64,000 bases of DNA from Sedimentisphaerales bacterium (lineage in GTDB: Bacteria > Planctomycetota > Phycisphaerae > Sedimentisphaerales > SM23-30). The notes beneath the pieces are model-generated. The model made no database searches, was not told where the DNA came from, and was given only the letters and a program-made list of their open reading frames with translations. The stretch lies in assembly GCA_963663805.2 (NCBI GenBank), contig CAXXMR010000013.1, positions 64,001 to 128,000 of the forward strand. The letters run 5' to 3'. Position 1 is the first letter of the stretch. Every line of letters begins with the position of its first letter. Made by a program: the position numbers and the translations under genes. Shown in pieces: positions 44,403 through 55,005 of the stretch.

Positions 44403-45050
44403 ATGACAGCTATGCTTCTGGGCAAAAAAATTGGAATGACTCGCGTATACGACAAGAATGGCGTAATCGTCCCGGTGACGGTTATCCAGGCTGGTCCCTG
44501 TCGGGTGACTCAGGTTAAGACCGAGGATACTGACGGTTATTGTGCGATTCAGATGGGTATGAACGAAGTGAAACCTTCTCGTCGGACCAAGCCGGCCATT
44601 GGCCATGCGAAGAAGTCCGATACGGTGCCGTACAAGTTTGTGCGGGAACAGCGTCTGGAATCTGCCCCGGCGGTAGAATCCGGTGCGGAGCTGACGGTTG
44701 AGATGTTTGAAGGAATCGACTGGGTAGATGTTACCGGGACGAGCAAGGGCCGTGGTTTTGCTGGTGTGGTCAAGCGCTGGGGTTTCAAAGGCCAGCAGGC
44801 GTCGCACGGTGTAGAACGTAAGCATCGCAGTCCGGGTTCAATCAAGGGTAATGCCGGTTCGGCGGGCTGTTCTCGTGGTTTGCGTAAAGGCAAGAAGATG
44901 TCGGGTCATATGGGTGTGGACCGTAAGACCTCGATGAACCACAAGGTAATAAGCATCGATAAGGATAATAATCTGATTTTGGTTAAGGGTCCTGTGGCTG
45001 GTCCCAATAACGGGCTGGTAATGGTTCGTAAGGCAGTCAAGAAGGGTTAA
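44403..45050 (+). CDS. rplC: ribosomal protein uL3
   Basis: GKKIGMT, SKGRGFAG, KGKKMSGHMG. Confidence 0.97.
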   Translation: MTAMLLGKKIGMTRVYDKNGVIVPVTVIQAGPCRVTQVKTEDTDGYCAIQMGMNEVKPSRRTKPAIGHAKKSDTVPYKFVREQRLESAPAVESGAELTVEMFEGIDWVDVTGTSKGRGFAGVVKRWGFKGQQASHGVERKHRSPGSIKGNAGSAGCSRGLRKGKKMSGHMGVDRKTSMNHKVISIDKDNNLILVKGPVAGPNNGLVMVRKAVKKG

Positions 45051-45074
45051 CCGCTTTTATAACGGCTTAAGAAA

Positions 45075-45710
45075 ATGATAGATTTGCCAGTATACAATTG
45101 TGATGGAAAAGAAGTAGACCGCATGCAGGTCGATGAGTCGGTGTTGGGCGGCAGGGTTCGTCCGGCGTTGATTAAGCAGGCTGCGGTTATGTATCATGCC
45201 AACAAACGTCAGGGCAGTGCGACGACCAAGAGTCGTGGCATGGTTACCGGCTCGACTCGTAAGCTGTATCGCCAGAAGGGTACCGGTCGGGCTCGTGTGG
45301 GTGCCAACCGTACGGTAGTCCGTCGGGGTGGCGGTGTGGCGTTTGCTAAGCTTCCGCGTGATTTTTCTCAGCGGATGCCAAAGAAACAGCGTCGTTTGGC
45401 CCGTGACTCCGCGGTGCTTGCCAAGATGCTTGGCAATGACACGATTGTGGTAGATGAGCTGAAGTTTGACGCTCCCAAGACCAGCAAGTTCGCCGGCATT
45501 TTGAGCAATCTGAAAATTGACCGCACTTGTCTGGTGGCTCTTGAAGATGTCAACGAGGCGGTTTACAAGTCGCTGCGTAATATTCCTCGGGTTTATTCGC
45601 TGACGGTTGCTCAGTTGAACGCGGGTGATATAACTCGCCGCCGTAAACTGTTGTTTACTCGTGCAGCGTTGGAAAAACTGTTGAACCCAGAGGTTCCGGC
45701 CCAGGCTTAA
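45075..45710 (+). CDS. rplD: ribosomal protein uL4
   Basis: RQKGTGRAR. Confidence 0.96.
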   Translation: MIDLPVYNCDGKEVDRMQVDESVLGGRVRPALIKQAAVMYHANKRQGSATTKSRGMVTGSTRKLYRQKGTGRARVGANRTVVRRGGGVAFAKLPRDFSQRMPKKQRRLARDSAVLAKMLGNDTIVVDELKFDAPKTSKFAGILSNLKIDRTCLVALEDVNEAVYKSLRNIPRVYSLTVAQLNAGDITRRRKLLFTRAALEKLLNPEVPAQA

Positions 45711-45740
45711 TAAGTCTGAAAGCTATTTGAGGTAACTGAA

Positions 45741-46019
45741 GTGGATAAATTTGAAGTAATAGTCAGGCCGCTGATAACCGAGCAGAGCACACATCAGGCT
45801 GCGAATTTGAATGCTTATGCTTTTGAGGTTCATCGCAAGGCCCGGAAAGCGGAAATCAAACAGGCGGTTGAGAAGATCTACGAAGTGAAGGTCAAAGAAG
45901 TGCGCACCGCCAATCGCAAAGGCAAACCCCGTCGGCGCGGGTTTTCGATGGGCAGCACCGCTGAGTGGAAAAAAGCCATTGTGGTACTCGATGAGAATGA
46001 CCACATCGACCTGTTCTGA
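45741..46019 (+). CDS. rplW: ribosomal protein uL23
   Basis: PLITE, EIKQAVE, WKKAIV. Confidence 0.95.
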   Translation: MDKFEVIVRPLITEQSTHQAANLNAYAFEVHRKARKAEIKQAVEKIYEVKVKEVRTANRKGKPRRRGFSMGSTAEWKKAIVVLDENDHIDLF

Positions 46020-46062
46020 TAAGAGGCCATTTGCAGGCAAGCAGTAAGAGAAAGATTAAACG

Positions 46063-46914
<852 letters not shown>

Positions 46915-46933
46915 TTAGGACGAGGCAGTCTCA

Positions 46934-47203
46934 ATGAGCAGATCATTAAAAAAAGGACCGTTTGTAGACGAAAAGCTCTTCCGCAAAATTATGAAGCAGG
47001 AAGATGAAAATGACCGTAGTCCCATCAAGACCTGGTCGCGTCGCAGTACGATAGTTCCTGAGTTTGTGGGTCATACGTTTATGGTTCATAACGGCAAGAT
47101 GTTCCACAAGGTATATGTCACCGAAGATATGGTAGGGCATAAGCTGGGCGAGTTTTCGCCGAGCCGAAACTTCCGTGGTCACAGTGGCGGCAAGAAGCGC
47201 TAA
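46934..47203 (+). CDS. rpsS: ribosomal protein uS19
   Basis: [15 protein letters not shown]. Confidence 0.97.
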   Translation: MSRSLKKGPFVDEKLFRKIMKQEDENDRSPIKTWSRRSTIVPEFVGHTFMVHNGKMFHKVYVTEDMVGHKLGEFSPSRNFRGHSGGKKR

Positions 47204-47253
47204 GAAAACGTAGAACGAGCGTAAGCTCATAGTTAATTTCGGAAACAGAGATT

Positions 47254-47781
47254 ATGCTAGACAGCATTAGCTTAAAATTCAGTCGCGAAGAGGCAGGGAT
47301 GACAGTTAAAGAACTGTCCGATGCCAGCGGCATCGAAGTGTCGGTACTCCGGAACTGGGAAAATGGTTTGATGAAGCCGATTCCGAGTGCGGAGAGTGTG
47401 AATCTTTTGGCAAAAGCGCTGAGTCTGGAGCCTCAGGAGATATCGAAATGGCATGCATCACATAAGTTTGCCCCGATAACTCCGAGCAAGGCCCGCTTGG
47501 TCGCTGAGTTGATTCGCGGTCGTCGCGTGCAGGACGCGTTGGATGTCCTGAACTTTGCGAACAAACGTGCGGCGGTTATGGTCGAGAAAGTTTTGCGTTC
47601 GGCGATAGCCAACGCTGATGAGCAGGAAGCGGAAGTTGACAGGCTTTTTGTAACCGAAGCCCGTGTTGATGAAGGCGGTATTCGTCGCGGCACCCGTCGC
47701 TGGCGTCCGAAAGATCGCGGTCGCGCGGTTCCCTTCACCCGTTTGGCTAGTCATATTCACGTTAGTGTGGGGTTGGAATAG
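47254..47781 (+). CDS. rplV: ribosomal protein uL22 fused to N-terminal XRE/Cro-type HTH domain
   Basis: aa 1-64 REEAGMTVKELSDASGIEVSVLRNWENG..P....LLAKALSL (XRE pattern); aa 66-175 KARLVAELIRG, SAIANA, SHIHV (uL22); between rpsS and rpsC. Confidence 0.92.
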   Translation: MLDSISLKFSREEAGMTVKELSDASGIEVSVLRNWENGLMKPIPSAESVNLLAKALSLEPQEISKWHASHKFAPITPSKARLVAELIRGRRVQDALDVLNFANKRAAVMVEKVLRSAIANADEQEAEVDRLFVTEARVDEGGIRRGTRRWRPKDRGRAVPFTRLASHIHVSVGLE

Positions 47782-47828
47782 TAATAGTTTTGCATACTGC
47801 CCGGAGCAGAAGATAGAGGCTTAATAAT

Positions 47829-48539
47829 ATGGGTCAAAAGGTATCTCCAATAGGTTTCAGGACCGGCATTACTCTCGGATGGAAGAGTCGCTGGTTTGCC
47901 CCGAAATCCGCATACGGCGAGTTTCTGGTCGAAGACCAGAAGATTCGCAAGTTTGTCAACGCTCGTCTCAATGAGCAGCCCCCTTACGCGGCTATCAGCT
48001 GCGTTGAGGTTGAGCGGACTCGTGACGAGGTGCGGGTGACACTTCACACGGCTCGTCCGGGTCTGGTAATTGGTCCCAAGGGTGCTGAAGTTGACCGTCT
48101 GCGTGAGAATCTGGAAGACCTTATCGACCGTAAGGTGAGCGTGAATATAGTTGAAGTCAAACACCCTGATTTGAACGCTCAACTGGTTGCGGCGAGCATT
48201 TCTGAGCAGCTCAAGCGTCGGGCGGCGTTTCGCCGGGCGATGAAGCAGCATTGCGAACAGTGCATGGGCGCTGGTGCGATGGGAGTTAAGATTATTCTCT
48301 CCGGTCGTCTGGGCGGTGCTGAACTGGCTCGTTCGGAGACTCAGATTCTGGGCAGCATACCTCTGCAAACCTTGCAGGCCAACGTTGATTATGGTTTTGT
48401 TGCCTGCCGGAATCCTTATGGAATCATCGGTGTGAAAGTTTGGGTTTACCGCGGGATGTTTGGCCATGAGCCGGAACCGATTGTTCAAGCTCGTCCGCAA
48501 AGACGTGGCCGCCCCGGCGGTGGTTCTCCGCGCAATTGA
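47829..48539 (+). CDS. rpsC: ribosomal protein uS3
   Basis: MGQKVSPIGFR, GRLGGAE. Confidence 0.97.
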   Translation: MGQKVSPIGFRTGITLGWKSRWFAPKSAYGEFLVEDQKIRKFVNARLNEQPPYAAISCVEVERTRDEVRVTLHTARPGLVIGPKGAEVDRLRENLEDLIDRKVSVNIVEVKHPDLNAQLVAASISEQLKRRAAFRRAMKQHCEQCMGAGAMGVKIILSGRLGGAELARSETQILGSIPLQTLQANVDYGFVACRNPYGIIGVKVWVYRGMFGHEPEPIVQARPQRRGRPGGGSPRN

Positions 48540-48566
48540 CCAGGTAGTTTGAAAGGATAATCAGTC

Positions 48567-48986
48567 ATGGCTTTAATGCCCAAACGCGTAAAATTTCGTA
48601 AATACCAGCGTGGCACCCTGAAGGGCAACGCCACTAAGGGTAATTTTGTGGCTTTCGGTGAGTTCGGGATTCAGACCCTCGACCACGGGATGATCGATGG
48701 CAGACAGATTGAGGCCGGCCGTGTCGCCGCGACTCACTTCCTGCATCGTCTCGGTAAGGTTTATATCCGAATCTTCCCGCATCGCTCAGTGAGTTGCAAG
48801 CCTCTTGAAGTTCGTATGGGAAAAGGTAAGGGTGAACCTGACCGCTGGGTCGCAAAGGTGAAGCCGGGCACGATTCTTTACGAGATTGGCGGAGTTCCCG
48901 AAGAAGTCGCCAAGCAGGCACTTTTGAGAGTGGCCCATAAAATGCCGGTACGTTGCCGGTTCGTAACCCGTAAACATGTTGGCTGA
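48567..48986 (+). CDS. rplP: ribosomal protein uL16
   Basis: RMGKGKG. Confidence 0.97.
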   Translation: MALMPKRVKFRKYQRGTLKGNATKGNFVAFGEFGIQTLDHGMIDGRQIEAGRVAATHFLHRLGKVYIRIFPHRSVSCKPLEVRMGKGKGEPDRWVAKVKPGTILYEIGGVPEEVAKQALLRVAHKMPVRCRFVTRKHVG

Positions 48987-49015
48987 TATAATAGATATAA
49001 GTGAGTTGACCTGAC

Positions 49016-49225
49016 ATGAAAGCCAGTGAAATCAGAGAAATGAACCCGGACGAACTCGACGCTCAAATCGAGACCTTACGCCGGAAATTGTTTGATGTTC
49101 GCACGCAGGCGGTAACCGAGAAACTGGAAGATCCCAGTCTGCTGACCAAATGCAAACGCGATATTGCCCGGATATTAACAGTAAAACGTGAGCGTGAACT
49201 AGCCGCCGGCAAAGACCAGGACTAA
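49016..49225 (+). CDS. rpmC: ribosomal protein uL29
   Basis: KRDIARILT, synteny. Confidence 0.93.
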   Translation: MKASEIREMNPDELDAQIETLRRKLFDVRTQAVTEKLEDPSLLTKCKRDIARILTVKRERELAAGKDQD

Positions 49226-49253
49226 GGCTCTGTTAGCACGAGGATAAACGAAT

Positions 49254-49517
49254 ATGTCTGAAACACAGAGAAAACCGCTTCCCAAGTATACGGGCACCGT
49301 AGCCAGTATTTCCGGCAAGCAGACTGTACGGGTAGTCATGAGCTACCAGACCCGCCATCCCAAATATGGCAAGATGCTCAAGCGTAGTACCGTTGCTCAT
49401 GTACATGACCAGGACAATCTGGCCAAGGTGGGCGATGTGGTCGAGATAGTGAAGTGTCGCCCCATGAGCAAGACCAAACACTGGAGACTTTGCCGGGTGG
49501 TAGAGAGCCGGGGTTAA
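49254..49517 (+). CDS. rpsQ: ribosomal protein uS17
   Basis: HPKYGK, RPMSKTK. Confidence 0.95.
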   Translation: MSETQRKPLPKYTGTVASISGKQTVRVVMSYQTRHPKYGKMLKRSTVAHVHDQDNLAKVGDVVEIVKCRPMSKTKHWRLCRVVESRG

Positions 49518-49578
49518 CCGTAAGATTCTGGCCGCATGGTGCGGTGAACAGATAAAAGTGTAAATAAGGATTGTTGGA

Positions 49579-49965
49579 ATGATTCAGCAGGAAACCGTAC
49601 TCAACATAGCCGACAACAGCGGTGCTAAAACCGCATTGTGTGTTCGGGTTCTCGGCGGCAGTACTGGCGGGGGCCAGTTTACCCGTCGGACCGCGAGCAT
49701 CGGCGATGTGATTTGTGTCGCAATCAAGAAGTCACTGCCCACCCTGAGCCTTGACGATAAGAAAGTGCACAAAGCCGTTGTTATTCGTACTTCTTACCCG
49801 CTTCGTCGTCCTGATGGCAGTTATGTCAGGTTCGACAGTAACGCGGCGGTACTCATCAATGATGATGGCAACCCGATCGGCACTCGTATTTTTGGCGCGG
49901 TAGCTCGTGAGCTGCGTGAGAAGAATTTCATGAAAATCATCTCACTGGCAACGGAGGTGGTCTGA
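49579..49965 (+). CDS. rplN: ribosomal protein uL14
   Basis: ADNSGAK, FDSNAAV, GTRIFG. Confidence 0.97.
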   Translation: MIQQETVLNIADNSGAKTALCVRVLGGSTGGGQFTRRTASIGDVICVAIKKSLPTLSLDDKKVHKAVVIRTSYPLRRPDGSYVRFDSNAAVLINDDGNPIGTRIFGAVARELREKNFMKIISLATEVV

Positions 49966-50273
49966 TGTCATTGCATGTTAAAAAAGGCGATATAGTAATA
50001 GTGATAGCCGGCGATGATAAAGGCCGCAAGGGACGCGTGCTACATGTTGATCCGGTTAAGGGTAAGGTTGTGGTTGAAGGTATTAACCAGGCCTATAAAC
50101 ATGTAAAACCTTCTCAGAAGAATCCTCAGGGTGGCAGACTTCATATTGAAAAGGCGATTGACATCAGCAATGTGCTGCCGGTGCATCCCAAGACTGACAA
50201 GCCCACGCGGGTGCGTTATATCAAAGAAGGCGACCGCAAGGTGCGGGTAGCCGTCGATGGTACCAAACTGTAA
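49965..50273 (+). CDS. rplX: ribosomal protein uL24
   Basis: [18 protein letters not shown] motif. Confidence 0.95.
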   Translation: MSLHVKKGDIVIVIAGDDKGRKGRVLHVDPVKGKVVVEGINQAYKHVKPSQKNPQGGRLHIEKAIDISNVLPVHPKTDKPTRVRYIKEGDRKVRVAVDGTKL

Positions 50274-50312
50274 GGTTATTACGCGAAGAATAAGATAAAG
50301 GCTGAGATAGCT

Positions 50313-50852
50313 ATGGCGCGTTTCAAAGAACTATATAAAGAAAAAGTAAAACCTGGTCTGCTCAACGAGTTTAAGTATGCCAATCCGAATCAGATACCTC
50401 GTTTTGAGAAGATCGTGATTTCGATGGGTGTTGGTCGTGGCGTAGCGGACAAGAAGGCGATTGAGTCGGCGGTGCGTGATATGACAGTGATAGCTGGCCA
50501 GAAGCCTCTAATTTGCAAGGCACGCAAGAGTGTTTCGAACTTCAAACTGCGTGAAGGTATGGACATTGGTGTTAAGGTAACTCTGCGTCGCGAGCGTATG
50601 TTTGAGTTTTTGGACCGTTTGATTAGTCTGGCCGTGCCGCGAGTACGTGACTTCCGCGGTCTGAGTCCCAAGGGTTTCGATGGGCGTGGTAACTATAACA
50701 TGGGCCTGCAGGAGCAGGCGGTTTTTCCTGAGATTGATCTGGACAAGATTGACAGCACTCAGGGTATGAACATTACCATGGTAACTACCGCCAAGACGGA
50801 TGATGAGGCAAGATTCATGCTCAAATTGATGGGCATGCCTTTTAGTGAATAA
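50313..50852 (+). CDS. rplE: ribosomal protein uL5
   Basis: FKLREG, FDGRGNY. Confidence 0.97.
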   Translation: MARFKELYKEKVKPGLLNEFKYANPNQIPRFEKIVISMGVGRGVADKKAIESAVRDMTVIAGQKPLICKARKSVSNFKLREGMDIGVKVTLRRERMFEFLDRLISLAVPRVRDFRGLSPKGFDGRGNYNMGLQEQAVFPEIDLDKIDSTQGMNITMVTTAKTDDEARFMLKLMGMPFSE

Positions 50853-50892
50853 TTATATAATGTAAGCAGCCCGTAAAGGGCCCGAGGATTAA

Positions 50893-51078
50893 ATGGCTAC
50901 TAAGGCACTGAGAATTAAAGCGGAAAAAGATCCTAAGTTTAAGGTACGCGGTTACACGCGTTGCCAGCTTTGCGGCCGGCCTAGAGCTGTGTATCGCAAG
51001 TTCAAGATTTGCCGGATATGTTTCCGCAGTCTGGCCAATGAAGGCAAGATTCCCGGCGTAAAGAAGACTAGTTGGTAA
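50893..51078 (+). CDS. rpsN: ribosomal protein uS14, zinc-binding type
   Basis: RCQLCGR...CRICFR. Confidence 0.96.
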   Translation: MATKALRIKAEKDPKFKVRGYTRCQLCGRPRAVYRKFKICRICFRSLANEGKIPGVKKTSW

Positions 51079-51120
51079 GGTTATCCAAAAGAGTTTAAGA
51101 ACTCCCGGAGTAAGATAGAT

Positions 51121-51522
51121 ATGAGTCATTGTGACCCCATTGCTGATATGCTGACCCGCATACGTAACGCTGTTGAGATTGACCGTGACGATGTCAATGT
51201 CAAGGCGTCCCGTGTTTGCGAAGGTATTGCCCGTGTTTTGCAGGAGCAGGGTTTTATTAAGGGTTTTGATAAAATCGAAACCACTGACAAGCAGGGTGTT
51301 CTGAGAATCAGCCTGAAGTACGGCCCGCTGGGCGAAAAGGTTATTCACGACATCAAACGCTGCAGCAAGCCCTCGTGCCGGGTGTATTGTACCGTAGACA
51401 ATATACCCCAGGTTATGGGCGGCATGGGGATTGCGGTTATATCTACGAGTAAAGGCGTGATGGCAGATTATGACGCTCGCCAGCAGAATATGGGCGGCGA
51501 ACTGCTTTGTACAGTTAGCTAA
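51121..51522 (+). CDS. rpsH: ribosomal protein uS8
   Basis: DPIADMLTRIRN, STSKG, GGE. Confidence 0.97.
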   Translation: MSHCDPIADMLTRIRNAVEIDRDDVNVKASRVCEGIARVLQEQGFIKGFDKIETTDKQGVLRISLKYGPLGEKVIHDIKRCSKPSCRVYCTVDNIPQVMGGMGIAVISTSKGVMADYDARQQNMGGELLCTVS

Positions 51523-51563
51523 GTTTAGTTGAACCCTGGTGTTCCTTAACAGAGTGATATGAA

Positions 51564-52130
51564 ATGAGTCGGATAGGCAAAAAACCAGTTAAAGTACCTT
51601 CGGGAGTCAAGGTTGAAGTGGCTCCACAACTGCTGAAAGTCAGCGGTGCCAAAGATACGCTAACTCTCGACCTGGATGGCGCGGTAAGTGTCAGTCAGGA
51701 AGGTGATGAGGTGGTCGTAACTCGTAAAGATGATTCCCGTCATGCCCGGGCAATGCACGGAACAATCCGGTCGCACATTGCCAATATGATTGAGGGTGTC
51801 ACCAAGGGTTTCCAGAGAGGCTTGAGCATTTACGGCACTGGTTACAGTGTTAAGGTTCAGGGTCAGAATCTGGAGGTTGCCGTTGGCTTTGCCAAGCCGG
51901 TGGTGATGCCGATTCCTGCTGGAATCAACGTTGAGATCAAGACCCCGGCTGCTCGTGGTAATGACAACCCGGCCCAGTTTATCATCAGTGGCCCAAGCAA
52001 GCATTTGGTCGGTCAGTTTGCCGCGGCGATTCGGCTGAAGAAGCCCCCGGAGCCGTATCTCGGTAAAGGTATACGCTATACCGATGAGCAGATTAAACGT
52101 AAGGTTGGCAAGGCCTTTGGTAGTTCTTGA
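51564..52130 (+). CDS. rplF: ribosomal protein uL6
   Basis: MSRIGK, PEPYLGKGI. Confidence 0.97.
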   Translation: MSRIGKKPVKVPSGVKVEVAPQLLKVSGAKDTLTLDLDGAVSVSQEGDEVVVTRKDDSRHARAMHGTIRSHIANMIEGVTKGFQRGLSIYGTGYSVKVQGQNLEVAVGFAKPVVMPIPAGINVEIKTPAARGNDNPAQFIISGPSKHLVGQFAAAIRLKKPPEPYLGKGIRYTDEQIKRKVGKAFGSS

Positions 52131-52203
52131 GCGAGAAGCGGCATAGCGGTTTTAGCAAGGCGGAAGCAGTTTCAAGCAGTGGCTTGATTACAGGAATACA
52201 GAA

Positions 52204-52563
52204 ATGGATAAGAATAAGTTTCTCTCAAAACGTTGGAGCAGACGCAAAGCGCGGGTACGCAAGAAAGTTGACGGCAGTGTTGACCGTCCTCGTTTGACGG
52301 TTTTTCGTTCGCTGCGTCACGTTTATGCTCAGGTTATCGATGATGTTAATGGCGTGACTTTGGTTGCCGCCAGTACTGTCAGCGAAAAACTGGGCGACAA
52401 GGCCGGGAATGTCGCCGCCGCCGAGAAAGTCGGCGAAGCAGTCGCCCGCAAGGCAATTGATGTCGGCATTCACCAGGTGAGATTTGACCGTAACGGCTAT
52501 AAATATCATGGTCGGGTCAAAGCCCTGGCAGACGCAGCCCGCAAAGGCGGCCTGACGTTTTAA
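52204..52563 (+). CDS. rplR: ribosomal protein uL18
   Basis: [15 protein letters not shown]. Confidence 0.97.
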   Translation: MDKNKFLSKRWSRRKARVRKKVDGSVDRPRLTVFRSLRHVYAQVIDDVNGVTLVAASTVSEKLGDKAGNVAAAEKVGEAVARKAIDVGIHQVRFDRNGYKYHGRVKALADAARKGGLTF

Positions 52564-52633
52564 GTTAGATTATTGTGGCCTTCGGGCCTGGGACAGTTTT
52601 TAAAGTAATATTGATAATATTCTGGAGACGAAC

Positions 52634-53146
52634 GTGGCTAAATTTAATCCACGAACGAGCCCCCGCGATGACGACAGCCCGTTTGAAGATCAGGTTGTAA
52701 AGATCTTTCGCTGTTCGACTGTTGTAAAGGGTGGTCGCCGTTTCAGCTTCGGTGCCGTGGTTGTGGTCGGTGACCGTGGCGGCCAGGTAGGCATTGGTTA
52801 CGGCAAAGCAAATGAAGTTCCGCCCTCAGTGGAAAAGGGTATCAAAGACGCGCGCCGCAGTATGGCCAAGGTAAATCTCAAGGGGACCACCATTCCTCAT
52901 GAGGTAACGGGCAAATTCGGGGCGACCAAGATACGTCTGATTCCGGCCTCTGAAGGTACCGGAGTTATCGCTGGTGGTGCCGCCCGTGCCGTACTTGAAT
53001 TGGCAGGGGTCCATGATGTACTGACCAAGATTTACGGCTCGACCGCCACCAAGAACGTTGTCAAGGCGACGATGAACGCCCTGACCTCGCTGTTAAATCG
53101 TGAAGATGTTGAAAGACTTCGTGGGATGAAACTCCCCACTTCGTAA
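52634..53146 (+). CDS. rpsE: ribosomal protein uS5
   Basis: [17 protein letters not shown]. Confidence 0.97.
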   Translation: MAKFNPRTSPRDDDSPFEDQVVKIFRCSTVVKGGRRFSFGAVVVVGDRGGQVGIGYGKANEVPPSVEKGIKDARRSMAKVNLKGTTIPHEVTGKFGATKIRLIPASEGTGVIAGGAARAVLELAGVHDVLTKIYGSTATKNVVKATMNALTSLLNREDVERLRGMKLPTS

Positions 53147-53161
53147 GGAAAGTTTGTAGCC

Positions 53162-53611
53162 ATGATGATTCATGAGATTACTGCAAAAGTCGGTTCGCAC
53201 CCCGCACGTCGTCGTAAAGGACGTGGGCAGGGCAGCGGATTGGGTAAGACAGCCGGCAAAGGTCATAAAGGCCAGCTTGCCCGTGCTGGCGGAATGCCTC
53301 CGGCGACCATGGAAGGCGGCCAGATGCCTCTGTTTCGTCGTTTGGCGAAACGTGGTTTCAATAACGCTAACTTCCGCAAGAATTACGCGATTGTTAATGT
53401 CGCTCAGCTGGACTGTTTTGATGAAGGCACGCGTGTAGACGCCGAACTTCTGAGCAAGGCAGGTCTGATTCGGGCCACTGACGGTCTGGTCAAGATACTG
53501 GGCGACGGCGAATTGAATCGTAAACTTGTCGTGGTAGCTAACAAGTTCAGCAAATCCGCTGAGCAAAAAATTACCGGTGCCGGCGGAACGGCCGAGTTAC
53601 TAAAGGCTTAA
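53162..53611 (+). CDS. rplO: ribosomal protein uL15
   Basis: GSGLGKTAGKGHKG, EGGQMPL. Confidence 0.97.
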   Translation: MMIHEITAKVGSHPARRRKGRGQGSGLGKTAGKGHKGQLARAGGMPPATMEGGQMPLFRRLAKRGFNNANFRKNYAIVNVAQLDCFDEGTRVDAELLSKAGLIRATDGLVKILGDGELNRKLVVVANKFSKSAEQKITGAGGTAELLKA

Positions 53612-53631
53612 GGAAAGCTTAAAGGAGAGAC

Positions 53632-55005
53632 ATGTTCGCACCGCTCATAAATGTCTTTAAGATTCCCGAACTGCGTAAGAAGATTCTTTTTACACTGCTG
53701 ATGCTCTGTATCTACCGGATTGGTTTTTATGTTCCGGTACCGGGTGTTGACCAGGAAGCAGTCTCTGCCAAATTAGGCGGCGGCGATTCTACTTCTCCGT
53801 TTGGCCGGGTAGCTGACTACCTTCAGATATTCACCGGCGGAAGCTTGCGTCAAAGCAGTCTGTTCGGTCTGGGTATCATGCCTTATATCTCCGCTTCAAT
53901 TATCTTCCAGTTGCTGGGCACAGTGGTTCCTGCCCTGGAGAAGCTGATGAAGGAAGGGCAGGCCGGTCGAAAGAAGATTCAGGAATATACCAGATATGCC
54001 ACCGTGGGTTTGTGCCTGATACAATCCGCGGCGCTGATGGCCTGGATGAAGAGCATGGGTATGGTTTATCCGGACATTCTGGAGAACTATCAACATATAT
54101 TTATACCTATGGGTATGCTGGCCATGACCGCCGGGACGATTTTCCTGATGTGGCTGGGCGAGCAAATCGATGAATACGGTATCGGTAATGGTATCAGTCT
54201 TATCATTATGGCAGGTATCGTCTCGCGTATGCCCTGGGCGGTTATGCAGCTTGTCAAACAGGCCGATTTCTCGCTTGATGCCGGGGCTGGTATGATTGGC
54301 CCTTCGCAATTACTGTTTTTGGTGTTGGCTTTTGTCGGTGTGGTCGCCGGTGCGATTCTTATCACTCAGGCCCAGCGTCGCATTCCGATTCAGCAGGCCC
54401 GCATGACCCGCGGTCGTCGCGTCGTCGGTGGTCAGCGTCATTACCTGCCTTTGCGGGTAAACCACGGCGGGGTTATGCCGATTATTTTCGCTGTTACTCT
54501 GATGCAGTTCCCGCCCTTGATTATCTCGCAGTTTATGCGGATTGAGGCACTGCAGAACAGTAGCATTTTGATTATGATTGATAACGCGTTGAGATATGAC
54601 TCGTTCATATACAACTTTCTGTACATCGTTTTGATTTACTTCTTCGCTTACTTCTGGACCACGGTTCAGTTCCAGCCCAAGGAAATGGCCAATAATTTGC
54701 GTGATGCTGGCAGCTTTATTCCGGGTCTGCGGCCGGGCCGTCGTACCGCGGAGTATCTGGAAAAAGTCATGAGCCGCATTACCTACGTAGGTGCGGGTTT
54801 CCTGGCGATAATCGCGGTTGTGCCGACTCTGGTATTTGTATTGATGAAAGTCGATTACGGTGTAGCGACGTTTTTGGGCGGAACGGGTTTGCTGATTGTT
54901 GTTTCGGTTTCGCTGGATTTGGTTCAGCGTGTTGAAACTCACCTGATTATGCGTAACTATGAAGGCTTTATGGACGGCGGCAGAATCAAGGGAGCATTCA
55001 GATGA
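53632..55005 (+). CDS. secY: preprotein translocase SecY
   Basis: LGIMPYISASII, GIGNGISLII, IPGLRPG, GGTGLLIVV. Confidence 0.98.
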   Translation: MFAPLINVFKIPELRKKILFTLLMLCIYRIGFYVPVPGVDQEAVSAKLGGGDSTSPFGRVADYLQIFTGGSLRQSSLFGLGIMPYISASIIFQLLGTVVPALEKLMKEGQAGRKKIQEYTRYATVGLCLIQSAALMAWMKSMGMVYPDILENYQHIFIPMGMLAMTAGTIFLMWLGEQIDEYGIGNGISLIIMAGIVSRMPWAVMQLVKQADFSLDAGAGMIGPSQLLFLVLAFVGVVAGAILITQAQRRIPIQQARMTRGRRVVGGQRHYLPLRVNHGGVMPIIFAVTLMQFPPLIISQFMRIEALQNSSILIMIDNALRYDSFIYNFLYIVLIYFFAYFWTTVQFQPKEMANNLRDAGSFIPGLRPGRRTAEYLEKVMSRITYVGAGFLAIIAVVPTLVFVLMKVDYGVATFLGGTGLLIVVSVSLDLVQRVETHLIMRNYEGFMDGGRIKGAFR

